This document shows, piece after piece, positions 39,150-55,747 of a stretch of 64,000 bases of DNA. The position numbers and the translations under genes were made by a program. The first letter of the stretch is position 1. Each line of letters starts with the position of its first letter. This stretch comes from Blastocystis sp. Blastoise. Taxonomy: Eukaryota; Protista; Bigyra: Opalinata. The DNA lies in assembly GCA_039096225.1 (NCBI GenBank), contig JBBPEB010000015.1, positions 2,232,001-2,296,000 of the forward strand. The letters run 5' to 3'. Below the pieces are notes generated by a model that saw only the letters and a program-made list of their open reading frames with translations, searched no databases and was not told the origin of the DNA.

Positions 39150-40154
39150 TTAACAGCACTTTTTATCATTATTATTTTCGGGCTTTTTCTAATAATGTAT
39201 GGAATTATATATAATAAAGAAATAATGGGAAAAATATATAAAAAGTACACTTTATTCAAAAGTATATTATAATGAAGAATATATACAATTTCAATAGTTT
39301 TGTTTTTTTCTTTTTCTTTTTCTTTTGGTATTTTGATATCTGATTTGGCTTGAAGACATTCCTGAACCATAGCTTCAAAAGTCTAAAAAATATTATTATT
39401 TTATATTATATAGAAAAAAAGTAATAAAAAAAAATATTGTAATAAAAAAATTAATATATATAATATTTATATATATATAATAGTATACATCATCAATATT
39501 TTGTCCTGTAGCTGCAGATGTTTCAAAAAATGGAATTCCAAATTGGTCTGCTAATTCTTTACCTTCATCATATGTTACCATCTATATATATATATAATAA
39601 TAGAATGAAAATAAAAACATAATAGAATAAGAATAAAAACATACTCTATGTTGCATTAAATCAATTTTATTACCTACTAAAACAACTCTTATATCTGAAC
39701 TAGCATTCTAATTAATAAATATATTTATAATAATATTAAAAAAATAAAATAAATAAAAAAAATAATAATAAACATTAATAAACATAATAAATATAATAAT
39801 AAACAAATATATATTTACCTTACGAATATCTCCCATAAAACTACCGATTTTATCAAATGAAGATTTTTTCGTTACATCATATACTAGAACAACTCCTTGA
39901 GCTCCACGAAAATAAGAACTTACAACGGATCTAAATCGTTCCGTACCAGCAGTATCCCATATTTGCGTTTTAATGATTTTATTATCAATTGAAATATATT
40001 TTATTTTAAAATCTACACCAATAGTTGCTACATAGCTTTTAGCAAATGTCCCATCACAATAGCATCGTACAATACAAGTTTTTCCAGAACCGGAATCTCC
40101 AAGCATTAATACTTTAAATTGTTCATCAAATTTCTTTACTGGTGGTTGAGACAT
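39150..40154 (-). CDS. Rab GTPase (Rab8/Sec4-like, divergent), 5 exons
   Basis: GDSGSGKT, TIGVDF, WDTAGTERF, GNKID, ETSAA; C-terminal KKCC prenylation motif after splicing. Confidence 0.93.
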
Positions 40155-41074
40155 ATTATAGCTTTAAAAATTGAAAAATAAATACTTATTAAATAAAATA
40201 TGGTTTCATTTAAAACTTGTACTTTAGATTCAGTAGATACACAAATAAAAAAATTACCGAAAATACAGAGATTTGCCGAGAATAATGAAGTTTCTCCACA
40301 AAAAATATTTTTCATTAGGAGTTTGAATTGTTTTTCTTGATTTGATGAGTTTTTGATGTTTGATTGATTGACTAAGAAATTAGAGATAATTGAAAATGTA
40401 TGTGAAGCATGATATAAGAAATTTTTAACTGCTATGTGATGCAATTGCTTCAAAAATTGCTTAAAAGAATTTAATTTTCTGTATTACATACTAAAAGATT
40501 GATCTAGATGCATTAAATACTATATTTATAGATTCATTTGAAGATAATAAATCATTTTCTTTCAATATCAATATTATTTTACAAGGTATTCATATAGTTT
40601 ATAGATTAGATATTAGTTTGTCTCTTTAAGAAATGAGAATAATACGTGTTTTGAGAATTTTAGTGAGATGAACGCAATAGGATTGTAAAAAAACTCTTAT
40701 ACAATAATATACATATAAATAAATATCACAATGAAATAAAAATATAGCAAAACATAATTATATGTAACGATATAGTTCAATAAGAAGAATATTGATTAGT
40801 TGACAAAGAATGTGTATATATGAAAAAAAGAAATGAATCAATATAATATAAAATAATGTATAATAAGAAATATACTCACAAAAAAAAAACAATAAAAAAA
40901 GTAGTAGTAGAAATAGATTCTTCATAAAATAATAAAAAAAAAGAGAAAGATAGAAATAGATTCATAAAATGTGCTTTTTATATAGATATAAGAAACATAA
41001 TGCAAGAGCAGAAATATAGAATATTGTAAAATGTATATATATATATATATATAACAAATAAAATCGAATAATAT

Positions 41075-41275
41075 TTAAAGAGTGGGGTCTTTTAAGAGAG
41101 ATGCCGATCGTTCTCTGCTTTCAATAGAAGCACTACGTAATCGTTGAATAATCTCACGAGGAGAAGTTGGTGTAGTAATAACCTCAGAATTAAAACCATT
41201 TTCAGAGAGAGTTTCATAATTACGTTCAATTTCACCGACCATCTTCCATGCTTCCTGAACTTGCTTATTACCCTT

Positions 41276-41319
<44 letters not shown>

Positions 41320-41564
41320 GATAATAATAATAATAATAATAATAATAAAATTTATATAATATATATACTTCTTTAATTCTTTGTTGAAGAGCAAAATTTT
41401 CGTTATTAACAGATTCTAATTCTGTTTGAAGTTTTTTATTCTTCTCAATACTTTGAGCTTTTTCTTGTTCAATCTCTTTCAGACGTTGACCTAATTTTTT
41501 GGCTTCTTCAATTAACTTATTTATAAAACAAGGAACTTCTAATCTATATTAATAATATTAATAA

Positions 41565-41610
<46 letters not shown>

Positions 41611-41633
41611 AAAAACATAATAATAATAAAAAC

Positions 41634-41664
<31 letters not shown>

Positions 41665-42397
41665 CATAATAACATACCCTTCTTTATCACTTTCTATTTG
41701 AGGTGAATAATTGGGATCTTTAGACATTGTTTCAAGCATACTTATAGCACTATTAATTGAATTAATAAGATGTTCTGTATCTACAGATAATTGTTCTTTA
41801 AGTGATTCTTTTTCTTGCTCAATTTCTTTTATTTTTCGTTGAAGTCTATTTACCATATATTCTTGTTCATATTCTAACTTTTTCTCCAACTCAATCTTAC
41901 TAGCCATAACCTAAATGGACAAAATAGTGTTAATAATAGATCTAAAGAAGATTTAAAAAATATATTTATATACATCAGCAAGTCTTCTTTGTAAGCCATT
42001 AGTAAGAGCTTCTTCTTCAGTATCAATTTGCTCAGCTAATTTACGTTTTTCTTGTTTAACTTCTTCTAACTTCTTCAATAACTAGATAGAATCATAATAA
42101 AAATACAGATATTATTACAAATAATAAATATTCATTTATATACAGATAATGAGATTTTTTCTTCTTCAGCTTCAGAAAGGGTTTGCTAGAGATAATATAT
42201 GGATTATAAAGGTGATATTTATTGCTTAATATCTAAATACATTAGTCACTATAATCTTTCTAGCTTCAATCAACTTATTCTCGAGATTCTCATTTTTTTC
42301 TTTCTCAGCTTGGAGTTCAGCCTACTTATATACATTACTTTTGGATAATACATACTTTTAATGCTTCAATAATTGCACTTTGATCTTTTTCAGCCAT
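41075..42397 (-). CDS. CCDC6 (DUF2046)-like coiled-coil protein, multi-exon
   Basis: EAEEEKISLSLLKKLEEVKQEKRKL...EEEALTNGLQRRL...KIELEKKLEYEQEYMVNRL matches the CCDC6 repeat pattern. Confidence 0.75.
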
Positions 42398-43756
42398 GTT
42401 TTCTATTTAATAATATCAACAAAAAAATACACTTAAAAAAACAGGAAAAAGAACAGAGATTCTTCTTGAAGGATTTTCTCTTCTTTTTGGCTGAATTAAA
42501 TTCAGATGCGGAACATCTGCCAATGAAATTGAACTTCTTCAGGATGAATGAAGAATTCAGCAACAGTATCACGGAAAAATAGTTTTTTTTCTCTTGTCAT
42601 TAGGATTTATGATATGAATTCGTAGTTTGACTAGTAAGAACGTTAGATTTAGATTATATCTATTCAACTAAGTGTGTTAAAAAATGGATGAATAACATAT
42701 TTTTTCATTTGTCACGTGTATCACAATTCTATGGATGATATAGGAGTTGATTTCATTTTTTAGGTAAAGTAACTGACTCATTTGATAGGATTTTTATAAC
42801 AAAGGTCAATGATGGAAATAAATTGCTAAATGTTCTTCGATGGTAAGATATATATGTTGTATAGAAAATGGAATTGAGTAGTTTAGGTATTTCTTGTGAT
42901 TATAAGAATAGTCTAGATAGTTGAAATACTAATTCTAGTAAAAAGATGTGAATACTATTTTTTATATATATTATGATGAATAGATTATGAAATAATTACT
43001 ACTGTGAATAAAAGATAGCGAGAAGACAATTATCTTGAAATAGAAAGTGAAAAATATGTTGAAAGCAGTTTTTTGGTATGAATTTTTGACCTTATTCATT
43101 GAATAAAAAAGAAAACTGACACTGCGTAATAAAACAAATATAATTATTGTAACAAAAAATATATAAAAAACATTGTAAAAGAATGAATAATGTGAAAAGA
43201 CGAAACTACTTTTAGATAAATAAAATAACACGATGGTTATAAGATTCAAAAGAGAAAAAAAATATGTTAATTTTGAATAAAAAATATTTTTAAAACAAAA
43301 AAAAAAGATGTAATAAATAAAAAATATAATAAAATACGTAGATTGTTGCAATATAAGAATAAAAATGCAAATTCATTTTACGTAAAAAGAGAAGAGAAAA
43401 GAAGAATATATATATAAATATATATATAGAATAGAATATGAAATACAACTAGAAAAAGGTTTTAGAGGGAAAAGAAAGCACTAATAAATAAATAAAGTAA
43501 TAAATTAAAAAAAAAAGTAATTTACACATGGAGAGACAATGAAGAAGGTTGAAAAATGTTTAATATATATATATACATACATATATAATATATAATATAT
43601 ATATATATATAAAAAAAAGTGGAAAAAATAATAATAAATTGTATAAAATAGTGAATATTCTTCATATACTCGAAATCCATAATAATAGTAAAAACCCTGA
43701 GGATCCAAAGAAGAAAAAAAAAATGTTATATAAATAAAGAATATAAAAAATGCTGA

Positions 43757-45266
43757 CTATATATATATCTTATCAAAATTGATTTCTACACTTTCATTGG
43801 GAGTCATTAAGGGTGATTTCACATATTTATTCTGTTTTTGTTCTTTAATTTTCACTAAATTATAACTTAATACTCCTATATAATAAGAATAATAATATAT
43901 TTATTTATTTAAAAAAATAGTGTACTATAAAAAATTTATATATATAATATCGATAATAAGTTATATATATACCTAACATGGCAATAATAATACCAATGAT
44001 AGTTTGAAAAGACAAATATTTTCCAAAATAGAGAGATGTAGCTAAGATAATAGCTATACGTTTGAATGTATTTGTAATTGAATAAGTTAATGATGTAATT
44101 AATGAAATAGACTATAGAAATCATATTAATATTATGAAGGATATATTAATATTAGATAGAATTAAAAAAATAATTATAATAAAATATAATAAATATAAAA
44201 AATAATAAATAAAATAAATAAACATAATAAAATAAATCACTTACTTTATAAGATGCGACACTAGAACAATATTGAATGATCGAACACAATAAAAGTACTC
44301 TTAAAGAAAGACTTGAATAAGTACCTTCATAAATTTCATATATAATAACAATAGGAAATAATAGAGATGCACTCATTATTCCATTTAATAAATGTAACTA
44401 TATAAGTATATATATAGAGAGAATCATATTTATTTATAATCATATTTATATACATAATTTCTATCGATACCACTCTTTATAAGCATTTTCACATATATAC
44501 TCTGCCATACACTTAAAATACAGGAAATCAAAGCACATATGAATCCAGTCATATTAAACCTTTATATATATATATATATTTACACAAAATTAAAAATATA
44601 ATAAATTAAAAATTATAGAATAATAATATACTGTAATTCATTTACAGAAGCATAGGCGACACCAATAATAATAGGAACAAGTGATAATAAAGTTCTCCAA
44701 GAAACAGTTTTGCCTGTCCAGAAATATGTAATAAGAACAGTAAAGAAGGGTTGTAAAGCTTTTACTGTATGTGTAAGAGATACTGGAACATAACCATAAC
44801 TCGTATATGTGAATATCTTACTAAATACCATAGCACAAGATAAAGGAAGAACAAGCCAAAATAATTTCCAACCAGATTTTGTATTCACTACTTTTGGAAC
44901 TTGTCTTTCATAACCATAGATTACTAAGACTATAAACGTGTAAATAATGCAATACTATATAATATTTCTACTTACTATCACAAATACAACTTGTAAAAAC
45001 ATGAGCAAATGTCAATGTAAGTGGAAATATTTTCTTATTGACAAGAGTCTTATTCATGATTGTAGCAACAATACTAAATGTATACCATATACCAATAGAA
45101 AAACCAATCTATAAAAAGAATTATTAAAAAAGGAGAACAAATTCGAATATACTTGGCAAATATAGTATAAAGCATCACGCATACGTTCATACTTCTGATC
45201 ATATCGAACCTTAACACGTTCATTAGAACGAATTAATAGTTGACTTCGAGTATATGGAATGGTCAT
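43757..45266 (-). CDS. Triose-phosphate transporter family (SLC35E-like), multi-exon
   Basis: WY..S....MNK, FPLTLT, VPVSLTHTVKALQPFFTV, SLVPIIIGV, TYSITNTFKR. Confidence 0.9.
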
Positions 45267-46200
45267 GGCAGTATTTCTATACAAAACAAATCATTATTCT
45301 AGGATACAAAGTGCTAGAAAGCTATCAGATTTTATAATTAAAGAAAAAACAAATAATTCAACAAGAAATATACCTTTTTATGCAATACTTGAAAAAAACA
45401 GATTCTCTTCAATTCTTCAAAAACCATGAAACACCCCAACAAAATAAAAAAGGAATAAAAATAAACGTAGGAATTCTTAATTTATACAGAGGTCTCTACA
45501 AATTACCACGATTTTCGATTCCATCATCAATCATTTCTATATATCAATTCCGCCTTTTTGTGTGGCTAAAAAATAGGATTCGTCAGCACATGCAAGAATT
45601 GGTTCATCCAATCATTATATTGAATACAGATATTCTATTGGTTTCTATACGTATTGACTTGAACCATTTCTTGTCTGTATTATAATGTTTCATTAATTTA
45701 TAAAATGGGTTAGTATACGATTTCTGCTATATATGTATATATAATTTTCTATTCATATATTATACTTTAACAATGTAATATTTTTTTTCTTAAAAAACAA
45801 AGATATTTTAAAACTGTTTTGCTATTTTTCTAATTATTTTAAGTTTCAAATTAATATTCTATATAATACTGAAGATAATTCATATCATTTTCGCAATTAT
45901 AATAATTGAAAAGTGATAACTATAATAATTTAGTTCATAATTTATGTTCCTAACAATTTCATACATTCGTATCAAGATTATAAATATCAGAGTGAATGAA
46001 ATAAAATAGATGAACACAGTTATATAACATAAATGAAGAAATCAACAAATTGAATAAAAAAAACTTGATTTCAAAACAGATGGGTAGAAAACTTGAATAA
46101 CCGTGGAATACCGTCTCTATGGGCATATATGTAACTGAGAACCAATCATTAGTATATTCTTGATTTTTTTAATCTTTAGATTTTCTTCTTCTGTTTTTAG

Positions 46201-47501
<1,301 letters not shown>

Positions 47502-47654
47502 ATTCATTTATAAATTGTATCAAGAATAATTCTTAATCTATTGTTCTTCTAGATTTCTATTTAAAAAAAAATGTATTGTTTTGTTTTGATTCATTAAACA
47601 AAAAAATAAAAATTAAATAATATAATAACTAGATAGATTGATATCTTTATAATA

Positions 47655-49447
47655 CTAATCATTCTCATGATATTTCATTTTGGATAAATATTGATTCTTT
47701 AATGTATCCCAAGTATAACATTTTAATTTTTCGATTTCACATTGTTTATTCTCACGATTACGAACAAGATTCGGATGTAAACAATAATTCTTTAATAATT
47801 TTTTTAATTGCACTTGTGTATTATATAATTGACTCTTAGGAAATATTTCTGGATAACTATAAGAGATTTTATATTATTATTATTAAAATATTTATTATTA
47901 TAATTATTACATTAATTATTATATAATAATAATAAATAACTATAATAAATATATATATACGATAGTTTATTTGGGCAAATACATAGACATCCTAAGAGTG
48001 CTGCTTCAATCATACTCACCCCAAAGAATTCATGAATAGCTGTAGACACACAAATATCACTCTCCAATAATACCTTATAATAGTCTTCTTTTGTGGGCAG
48101 ATATCCATAATGAAGAATATGAGTTGATAACTTGGTTTTCACATCAATTAAACACTAGTTATATTTATATATAAAGAAGAGTATATATATAGTAGTTGAA
48201 AATAATATTTATATTCATAATAATATATGTTGAAAAACTATTTATAGAGAATTATTATATATATAGATTCTATATATATATACTTGAGGAATTTCTTCAT
48301 ATTGTTCTCCAATGATTGACACGTAAAATGGAATATTCTGATTCTCTAACTCATCTATATATATATAAATAATGAAAATAAAAAAAAAATGAATTAAAAA
48401 AGATAAAATAGAGTTTTATATATACAGAGTGTATTAATAAATGTTTCTGGATCTTTATCAAATTCCCAACGATGAGGCCATACTATATGAATAGGTCTAT
48501 ATATATAATATATAATGATAAATTAATAAAAATATAATAATAATAATTATTATAATAATATAATAATAAATATTTATAATAAAACTATTAACATAAAAAT
48601 ATTAACATAAAAATATCTACTTTTCTTCATTATTATTAATATCCACATTATCTAATGTCAATTTCGGTAATTGAATAGGATAATAATAAACTTGACATTT
48701 ATTGATTATTCTATCTTTTAATCCTTTTGGTTTTCTTTCTGGAGTTTTATTTATAAATGAATTCAAATTATTTAAAAAGGAATCCATATTCCATCTAGAG
48801 AATAAATATTGTTAAAAAAACACAAAAAAAATTATATATATATAAATATTTAGAAGAATAACAAATGCTATATATACTTTGAATTAAACCATATCTCATC
48901 AGCTACAAGACATGATAATATCTGAATCCAACCAAATTGAAAATCTCGTTCTTTTTCATCACTTACAGGATATTCTAATTGATTCTCATGAAAATATAAT
49001 ATCTATGAATGAAAAATAAAGCTATTTTATATTTAATAACTATTTTTTATATTAAATTAATATAAAATAATATAAAACAAATAAGATTAAGGATAAAAAA
49101 GAAATAAATGTCTAAAATACTTTATGGGAAGACATTAAATTAGGTCTTAAACTAAGTAATTCAGGAAGCGAGAATGTACTCGTACAAAATAGAGTATCAA
49201 ATTCTTCATCTATACCAATTTGCTCAGATAATTGAAAGGCACCAAGTCTTAAATCGATGAATAGTTATTTTATATGAATATACCTCATTTGCCAGTGCCA
49301 CTTCTTAGCTCTTAATGTTATTACTTTACAGTCAAGAACAGATTGTAATAAATCGATCATCTGTTTATGACTTCCTCCTATTTAGAATAGAGTATATTAT
49401 ATATAAATTAACTTACCATAAAAACCTTCACACAAAAGTATAGTCAT
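47655..49447 (-). CDS. GTDC1: GTDC1/QTMAN-like glycosyltransferase (DUF3524 + GT-B), multi-exon
   Basis: [73 protein letters not shown]. Confidence 0.88.
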
Positions 49448-49678
49448 CTTGGTTTTTCAAAAAGAAAAAAATAAAATTGTGTAGATGAAGTGAAATATTT
49501 TATGAAACAATAAAATTTAATAACAAAGAATGAATTTTTTACTTTCTACTTTAATTCAGACATGAATATTAACGAAGAATTCAAAAATAAATGATAAAAA
49601 TATGAATAAAAAGAGAATCAAAATAAAATGTATTATTATAAAAAATACTATTTTATAAATATCTTTTGAATATAAAAA

Positions 49679-51269
49679 TTAATGGTTTCCTTTGAAGAAT
49701 TTCATTAATTTATTCATTTTCTTTGTTTTTTTCTCTTCTTCTATATATATATAAATGAATAGTTTTGTGAAATAAAAAAAAATGATATTTGAAATATATA
49801 TCTATATATAGTATACGTTCTTGAATATCATTGTTTCCCTTGGGAATTCTAGTAATGATAGGAGTATCAATAAAGAATTGAGAAGGTATATATTCACCAG
49901 GTGAACAATCAGGAGGTGATGACTATATATATATAGAATAATAGAAATAGAAGTATAATTATATTTATAGAACGTATAAAGAAAGAGAATAATAAAAATA
50001 ATAAATATATATATATAGAAAGAAAATAATAAAAATAATAATAAAAATAATAATAAAAATAATAATAAAAATAATAATAAAAAAAAAAAATAAAAATAAT
50101 AATAAAAATAATAATAAAAATAATAAATATATATATATACAGTCCAGGAGAGATATATTAATGCAGCAGGAACTAGTCGAAGAGAACGCAATGTCTTTTC
50201 TTTTGAAAGACTAGAGAAATTGAAGAGTAAATAATAGATATATAATACTAATAAGAATAAATAATATATATATAGAAATTAAAAGACATATTAATATATA
50301 TTAAAATAATAATAATAATAATAAATATATATATACATTTGTTTAGGTGGAGTAATAAATAGTTCAAATTGTAAATAATTATATTGAGGAAGGAATAGAC
50401 TTTGAATATATTGAGATATACTCTCTATAGTTTCAAGAGGTGCACATTGAAATTGTATAATTAAACGATCAGGGAATTGTATTCTTAAAATAGAATATTT
50501 ATAGAATTGCATGGATTTATATTGAGTAAGTTCTCTTGCTGTTTTAGTTTCTAAAGGTCTATTTGATTCTTTTTCCTTTTCAGCTAATACAGATCGAAGA
50601 ATAGATAACTCATCATCTATATATAGTTTTTTTAGTATATATATAACTATATATATTTTAGTATATAAAAATATAACATATGCAAAATAAATAGAAATAT
50701 TTTGTAATTATTATATATATATTGTTTAATAAATGAATAATCTAAAATAAGATATCATGAATATTAATGTATTATATACAGGAAGACAAAGAAAGAGAGT
50801 ATTATATATATATATACTTGAATTATTTTCAGTTTTGAATTGTGTAGCTTGTAAATCATCATTTGTGAATGCCATGGGATTTGAGGTATTATTTCGAAGA
50901 TAACAACATATATGACGATCCGGAATAATGGATTCAATTTCTTGTTGTTTCTTCTTTAGTTGAGTTAATTGTGTTTCAAATGGAGATTCTTTTGGAACAT
51001 TACTATGTAAATGTGTTTTAAAAATTGGTTTATATATATTGAAATCATCAGATTTTGTGGATATATTTTGATTATTATAATCGTTATTATCTATTGTATT
51101 TGAAACACTAGAATTAATAGAAATAGAAGAATTATCATAAGACATTTGGGAAGATGAGAAATCAGAACTATTCTTATTCATAACATTATTATTTGTATTC
51201 GATTCATATATAGATGGAATAGTATTACTAGAGAAACTATTAGAAATTGAAGGAGTTAATATAGATGAA

Positions 51270-51324
<55 letters not shown>

Positions 51325-52410
51325 TATTATTATTATTAATACTATTATTATTATTCATATCTGTAGAAGAAGATGAATTAGAGGAGAATATGGAGGAAGC
51401 GAAAGGTTGTGAAGGAAGTGGTGTATTGTCGAATATAGAAGAAGCAATAGGTGTCGGATCTTGTGTTATAGGAGGAGAAGGAGAAGCAGAAGGTGATTGA
51501 ATAGAGTTTTTAAATAAAGATAATAATTGATCAAACCATTGAGATTCTGGAATAGTCACGGGAATATAAATACCTGGATATGTATATATATATCGTTCAC
51601 CTTTATCAGTGTTAGTTATATTGAAACCTATATATATATGCAAAAATATTATGTGATTATAATACGATTATATATGTTTAAAATAGAATAAGAATAAGAA
51701 AAAACAACATAAAGATTAAGAAAAAATAATATATATAGAGAATAAGAATAATAATATTTATAGATATATACCCATAATATGAAATATATCTTTAATTTCT
51801 GAAAATGGAAATATTTTTGTAGTAAGGAGAGAAGAATTAGGGTTAATATCTCTCTTCTTAGGGTCATTTGGAGAAACTTTCTATATAGGGAATCAATAAA
51901 TAGTCATATATATAGGATTAAATTGAAATAGAATAAAGAGTGATAATAATAACAATAATAATAGGGATAATAATAATAATAGTGATAATAATATATACCA
52001 TATTTTGAGTGATTTTAATTAAAGAATTAATAGGATCATTAATATCTACTGAAGTCTCTATTTCTTTATTTTGTGTATTATTGTCCATATCTAGATCAAC
52101 ATTATTATCAATATCAATATCAATATCAATATCAATATTCGATTCTTGTTTTCTCTTTATATCTATTTCCATGAGTCTTCTTTCTATATAATGATTTAAT
52201 AATTGTTTAATTACAGTTAAATATTCATTTATAGATATATATCCAGTAACAGCATTTGAAGGTCTATTGGATTCTAAGGATTGAGCAATATCATTGGATG
52301 AACGAGTTATAGAAGAAGAAGGAACTACAGGTATCTCTATATATATTTATAAATTAAAAAAAATATTTAATTAGTAATAATAAATGAATATATACAAATA
52401 GGATGATTAT

Positions 52411-52454
<44 letters not shown>

Positions 52455-52528
52455 GTTTAGCTTCGAAATCCAATCTGAACATGGCTGATCCTCTTGTTAA
52501 TCCAATTTCTATTAACAATAATAAGTAT

Positions 52529-52578
<50 letters not shown>

Positions 52579-53337
52579 GAAGAAGAGATTCTTCAAGTTG
52601 TTCACCAGAATAACTATCTTTCAAATAACTATATATATAAACAAATAAAAAATAAATAAAAAATAAAAAAAATAAAAAATAAATAATAAAAAAAAAAAAA
52701 ATAAAAAAATATAATACATACATGACTTTGGGTTGTTGCTGAGAAGGTATTTGTATATTTCCACTTTCAATAAAAGGACGTAAAACATCATTTAGAGTCG
52801 ATGTGACAATATAATCATTCTATATATATATATATATATATATTACTTCAATTATAACATACTTCTAATTTTATAGTAGGAGTTTTTATACAAACACGAA
52901 TGACAGATGATAATATATCTACTATATATATGAAGAATATATTTATAGTAATCTTTTACTCAAATAAAAATAATAAAAATATGTATAAATAAATTGAACA
53001 CAAAAACTAGAAAAAAAAAACTAATAATTCACATACAGTCACATTTGATCAGTTCGATTCCTTTTATATCTGAGACGATGATACTACTTATTTTTGTTGA
53101 TAAATTAACCATTTTATTCTGATTTTTCAGATAATACACTCGATAATCCTATAAAAATATATAAATAACGAATTGAAGAATCCTTACATTAATCCCATAT
53201 TCTTTACAGGCAACTTTAAGAAGATGTAACTAAAAAATTGATAAAACAAATGGTAATTTCACAAATACATAAGTTTCTTGTGCCTCTATTTTGAATGATT
53301 TTCTCATTCCATTATATCTTACATATAGAATAGTCAT
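49679..53337 (-). CDS. p97/VCP cofactor with TUG/ASPL-type UBL domains, PUB-like and UBX domains, multi-exon
   Basis: N-terminal UBL-like MTILYVRYNGMRKSFKI; LLEIGLTRGSAMFRL; PUB-like LIKITQNM..PNDPKKRDIN...IMGF; UBX LRIQFPDRLIIQFQ...FELFITPPK...LRLVPAALIY. Confidence 0.75.
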
Positions 53338-53619
53338 TTTATAGCTTTAATTCAAAAATTAATTTTCTTTAGAATTAGAATAACTGAAATATTTATTAAA
53401 TTGTTCTGAAAAATACAAGAATCGAAACAACTGTCTTTTTTTTGCTGAAATCCGTCTGAATGACGACTATTCCCAAAGGAATATCTCTTTTTGTTTTTAG
53501 ATATTTATTTCTTAATTTGTCCTATTTGAATCAAGAGTTTATTGAAATACAGCTTTCCTGTAGTTGGATTTATCGATTAATTATTTCAATACCTAAGAAT
53601 CCTACAAATCAATAAGAAA

Positions 53620-55693
53620 ATGTTTAATTTTGCAAAAGGAATTACTCAGAAAATTAAAGAAGGAATGTCAAATGCTCAGACAAAGAATAGCAATTCAAGT
53701 CAAGGGCAACAGACTTCTCCTAATACAGCAATAAGTTCCTATTTTAGTAATGCTAAAAGTATAGCCTCTGCTATTGGCACCAAGATCATGAATAAAGCAA
53801 CTTCGTTAGTAACTAACGATGTGGATTATTATACATTGGAGATTACAGGTGATAATCTTTTATCACTAGCATTTGCATTAGGTATGTTTTATTTTGTTTC
53901 TTTAAATATTATTATTTTATGTTCACACGTATGGCTTGTTCTTTTATTTACTTGATAATATGTTAATGAATAAATATATATAATTGTAGATGAGAAAATC
54001 CCTGGTTATTCTCGTGTTTCCTATGATTTACAATTTGGTGCTGAATGTATATTTAAAGGATCTATTCTATTAAGTGTAAATGGCGTGAATACACATGGTG
54101 TTCTTGTAAATAATACTGTATTACTACTTAAATATATGAGTAAATCGGATCATTTTATTATTCAATATGCTTCACCTAATTTCATTAAAGATGTCCCATC
54201 ACTTGTATATATATATATATCTTAAATGATTATCTGTTGAATATTTTTTTCATTATTAAAAATATTTAATTCGTTTTTTTATTAAAACATTTCGATATAC
54301 TATTATAGAAACATATATACTAGTTTTATTTTATAAAATTGAATATATTCAATATAATTTTCAATGATTTTATTCTCTAGAAATCTTTATTCCCTCCATT
54401 ATCGTGTGTAATCTTATTTCTTTCTTGTCATTGTATAAATAATTCTGAAAGTTTTACAAGCACAATTCAACCTTCTCTTCTTTCTGCTATGTATAATTTA
54501 TGTCGTATTAATAATAATACATGTTTTGATAATATATTAAATGGAGAAGTAGAAGGAGATATTGATCTTATGGCGAATTGCTTATATAAATTACTCGAAG
54601 AACTCAAAGCACATATGTATATAGTTTTATTATATTTATTATATATATTTATTTATAATTTATTTATAATTTATTTATAATTTATTTATATTTATAATTT
54701 ATTTATAATTATAATTATAATTATAATTATAATTATAATTATACTGCTTTTACGAATAGTATATATGTATATATATAGTAATCCAAATATAACAAATGAA
54801 TTTGAAGATATTTATTTTGCTGATAATGATATTCAAACATATATTCCTTATGTATATATATTTATTTATTTAATACTATTTGTTTTTTTTATATATAGTT
54901 AATTCGTATAATGTCATCAATCAATCAATATATATCTTCATCTTTCTATCTTCTATTAGCATTCCTTAAACAACTTAGAATCTATCTACCTGAAAAAGTA
55001 TATATATATATAGTATTATATTTTTGTTATTATATCTCTATTTTATAGATATATTCATTATTATTCTATTATATACATTTATTATAATTATTATATATAT
55101 ATATAACTTATTTCCCAATAATCTATATATATATATATATAATTGTTAGGAATACCATGGTATTCTATGTGCTTTTGCCCTTCGTTTATTTTCTTATCCT
55201 TTTCCTCCTCTCCTAGATCAGCTCATACTTCAAAGTGACTTACTACTTCATAAGGAATATGTACTGTATATATATTTATATATATTCATATAATTTATTA
55301 TAATGAAATAATTTTTTTATTATTCATATTATCATACTTATTATTTGCTATATATATATATAGTATTTGGTATTTACGTGAAATCTATGAATATCTATGT
55401 ATTTATGCTCTTCAAGATGTATATATATTTATATATTTATATGTTTATATATATAATTTTTTTTTATATTTATATATATAGAAACTCATTTGCAAAGCTA
55501 CTATTCCATTGGATGATTTGAATTATATTTTAAACCGTTTACAACAGCTTCAAACACGTGATCAAATATTCGAATATCTTTCCACGTTCCCTCATTCTAC
55601 TGTGTTCCAATTATCCCTCTTATTGTTAACGTATATGACGCAACCTGTTCTTCCTTCATATGTCATCTTATCCGTTAAAGTATATATAATAAT

Positions 55694-55747
<54 letters not shown>

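Noticed and set aside
42971-43351. Standalone ORFs in intergenic DNA (42971-43351, 40136-40453, 45380-45685, 38632-38826)
   Set aside because: F/I/Y/K-biased translations of AT-rich UTR or promoter DNA, with no recognisable motifs.
44930-44975. Apparent frameshift at TPT intron 2
   Set aside because: Resolved by the downstream acceptor (TTTATAG|TC), giving a canonical ~46-nt GT-AG intron.
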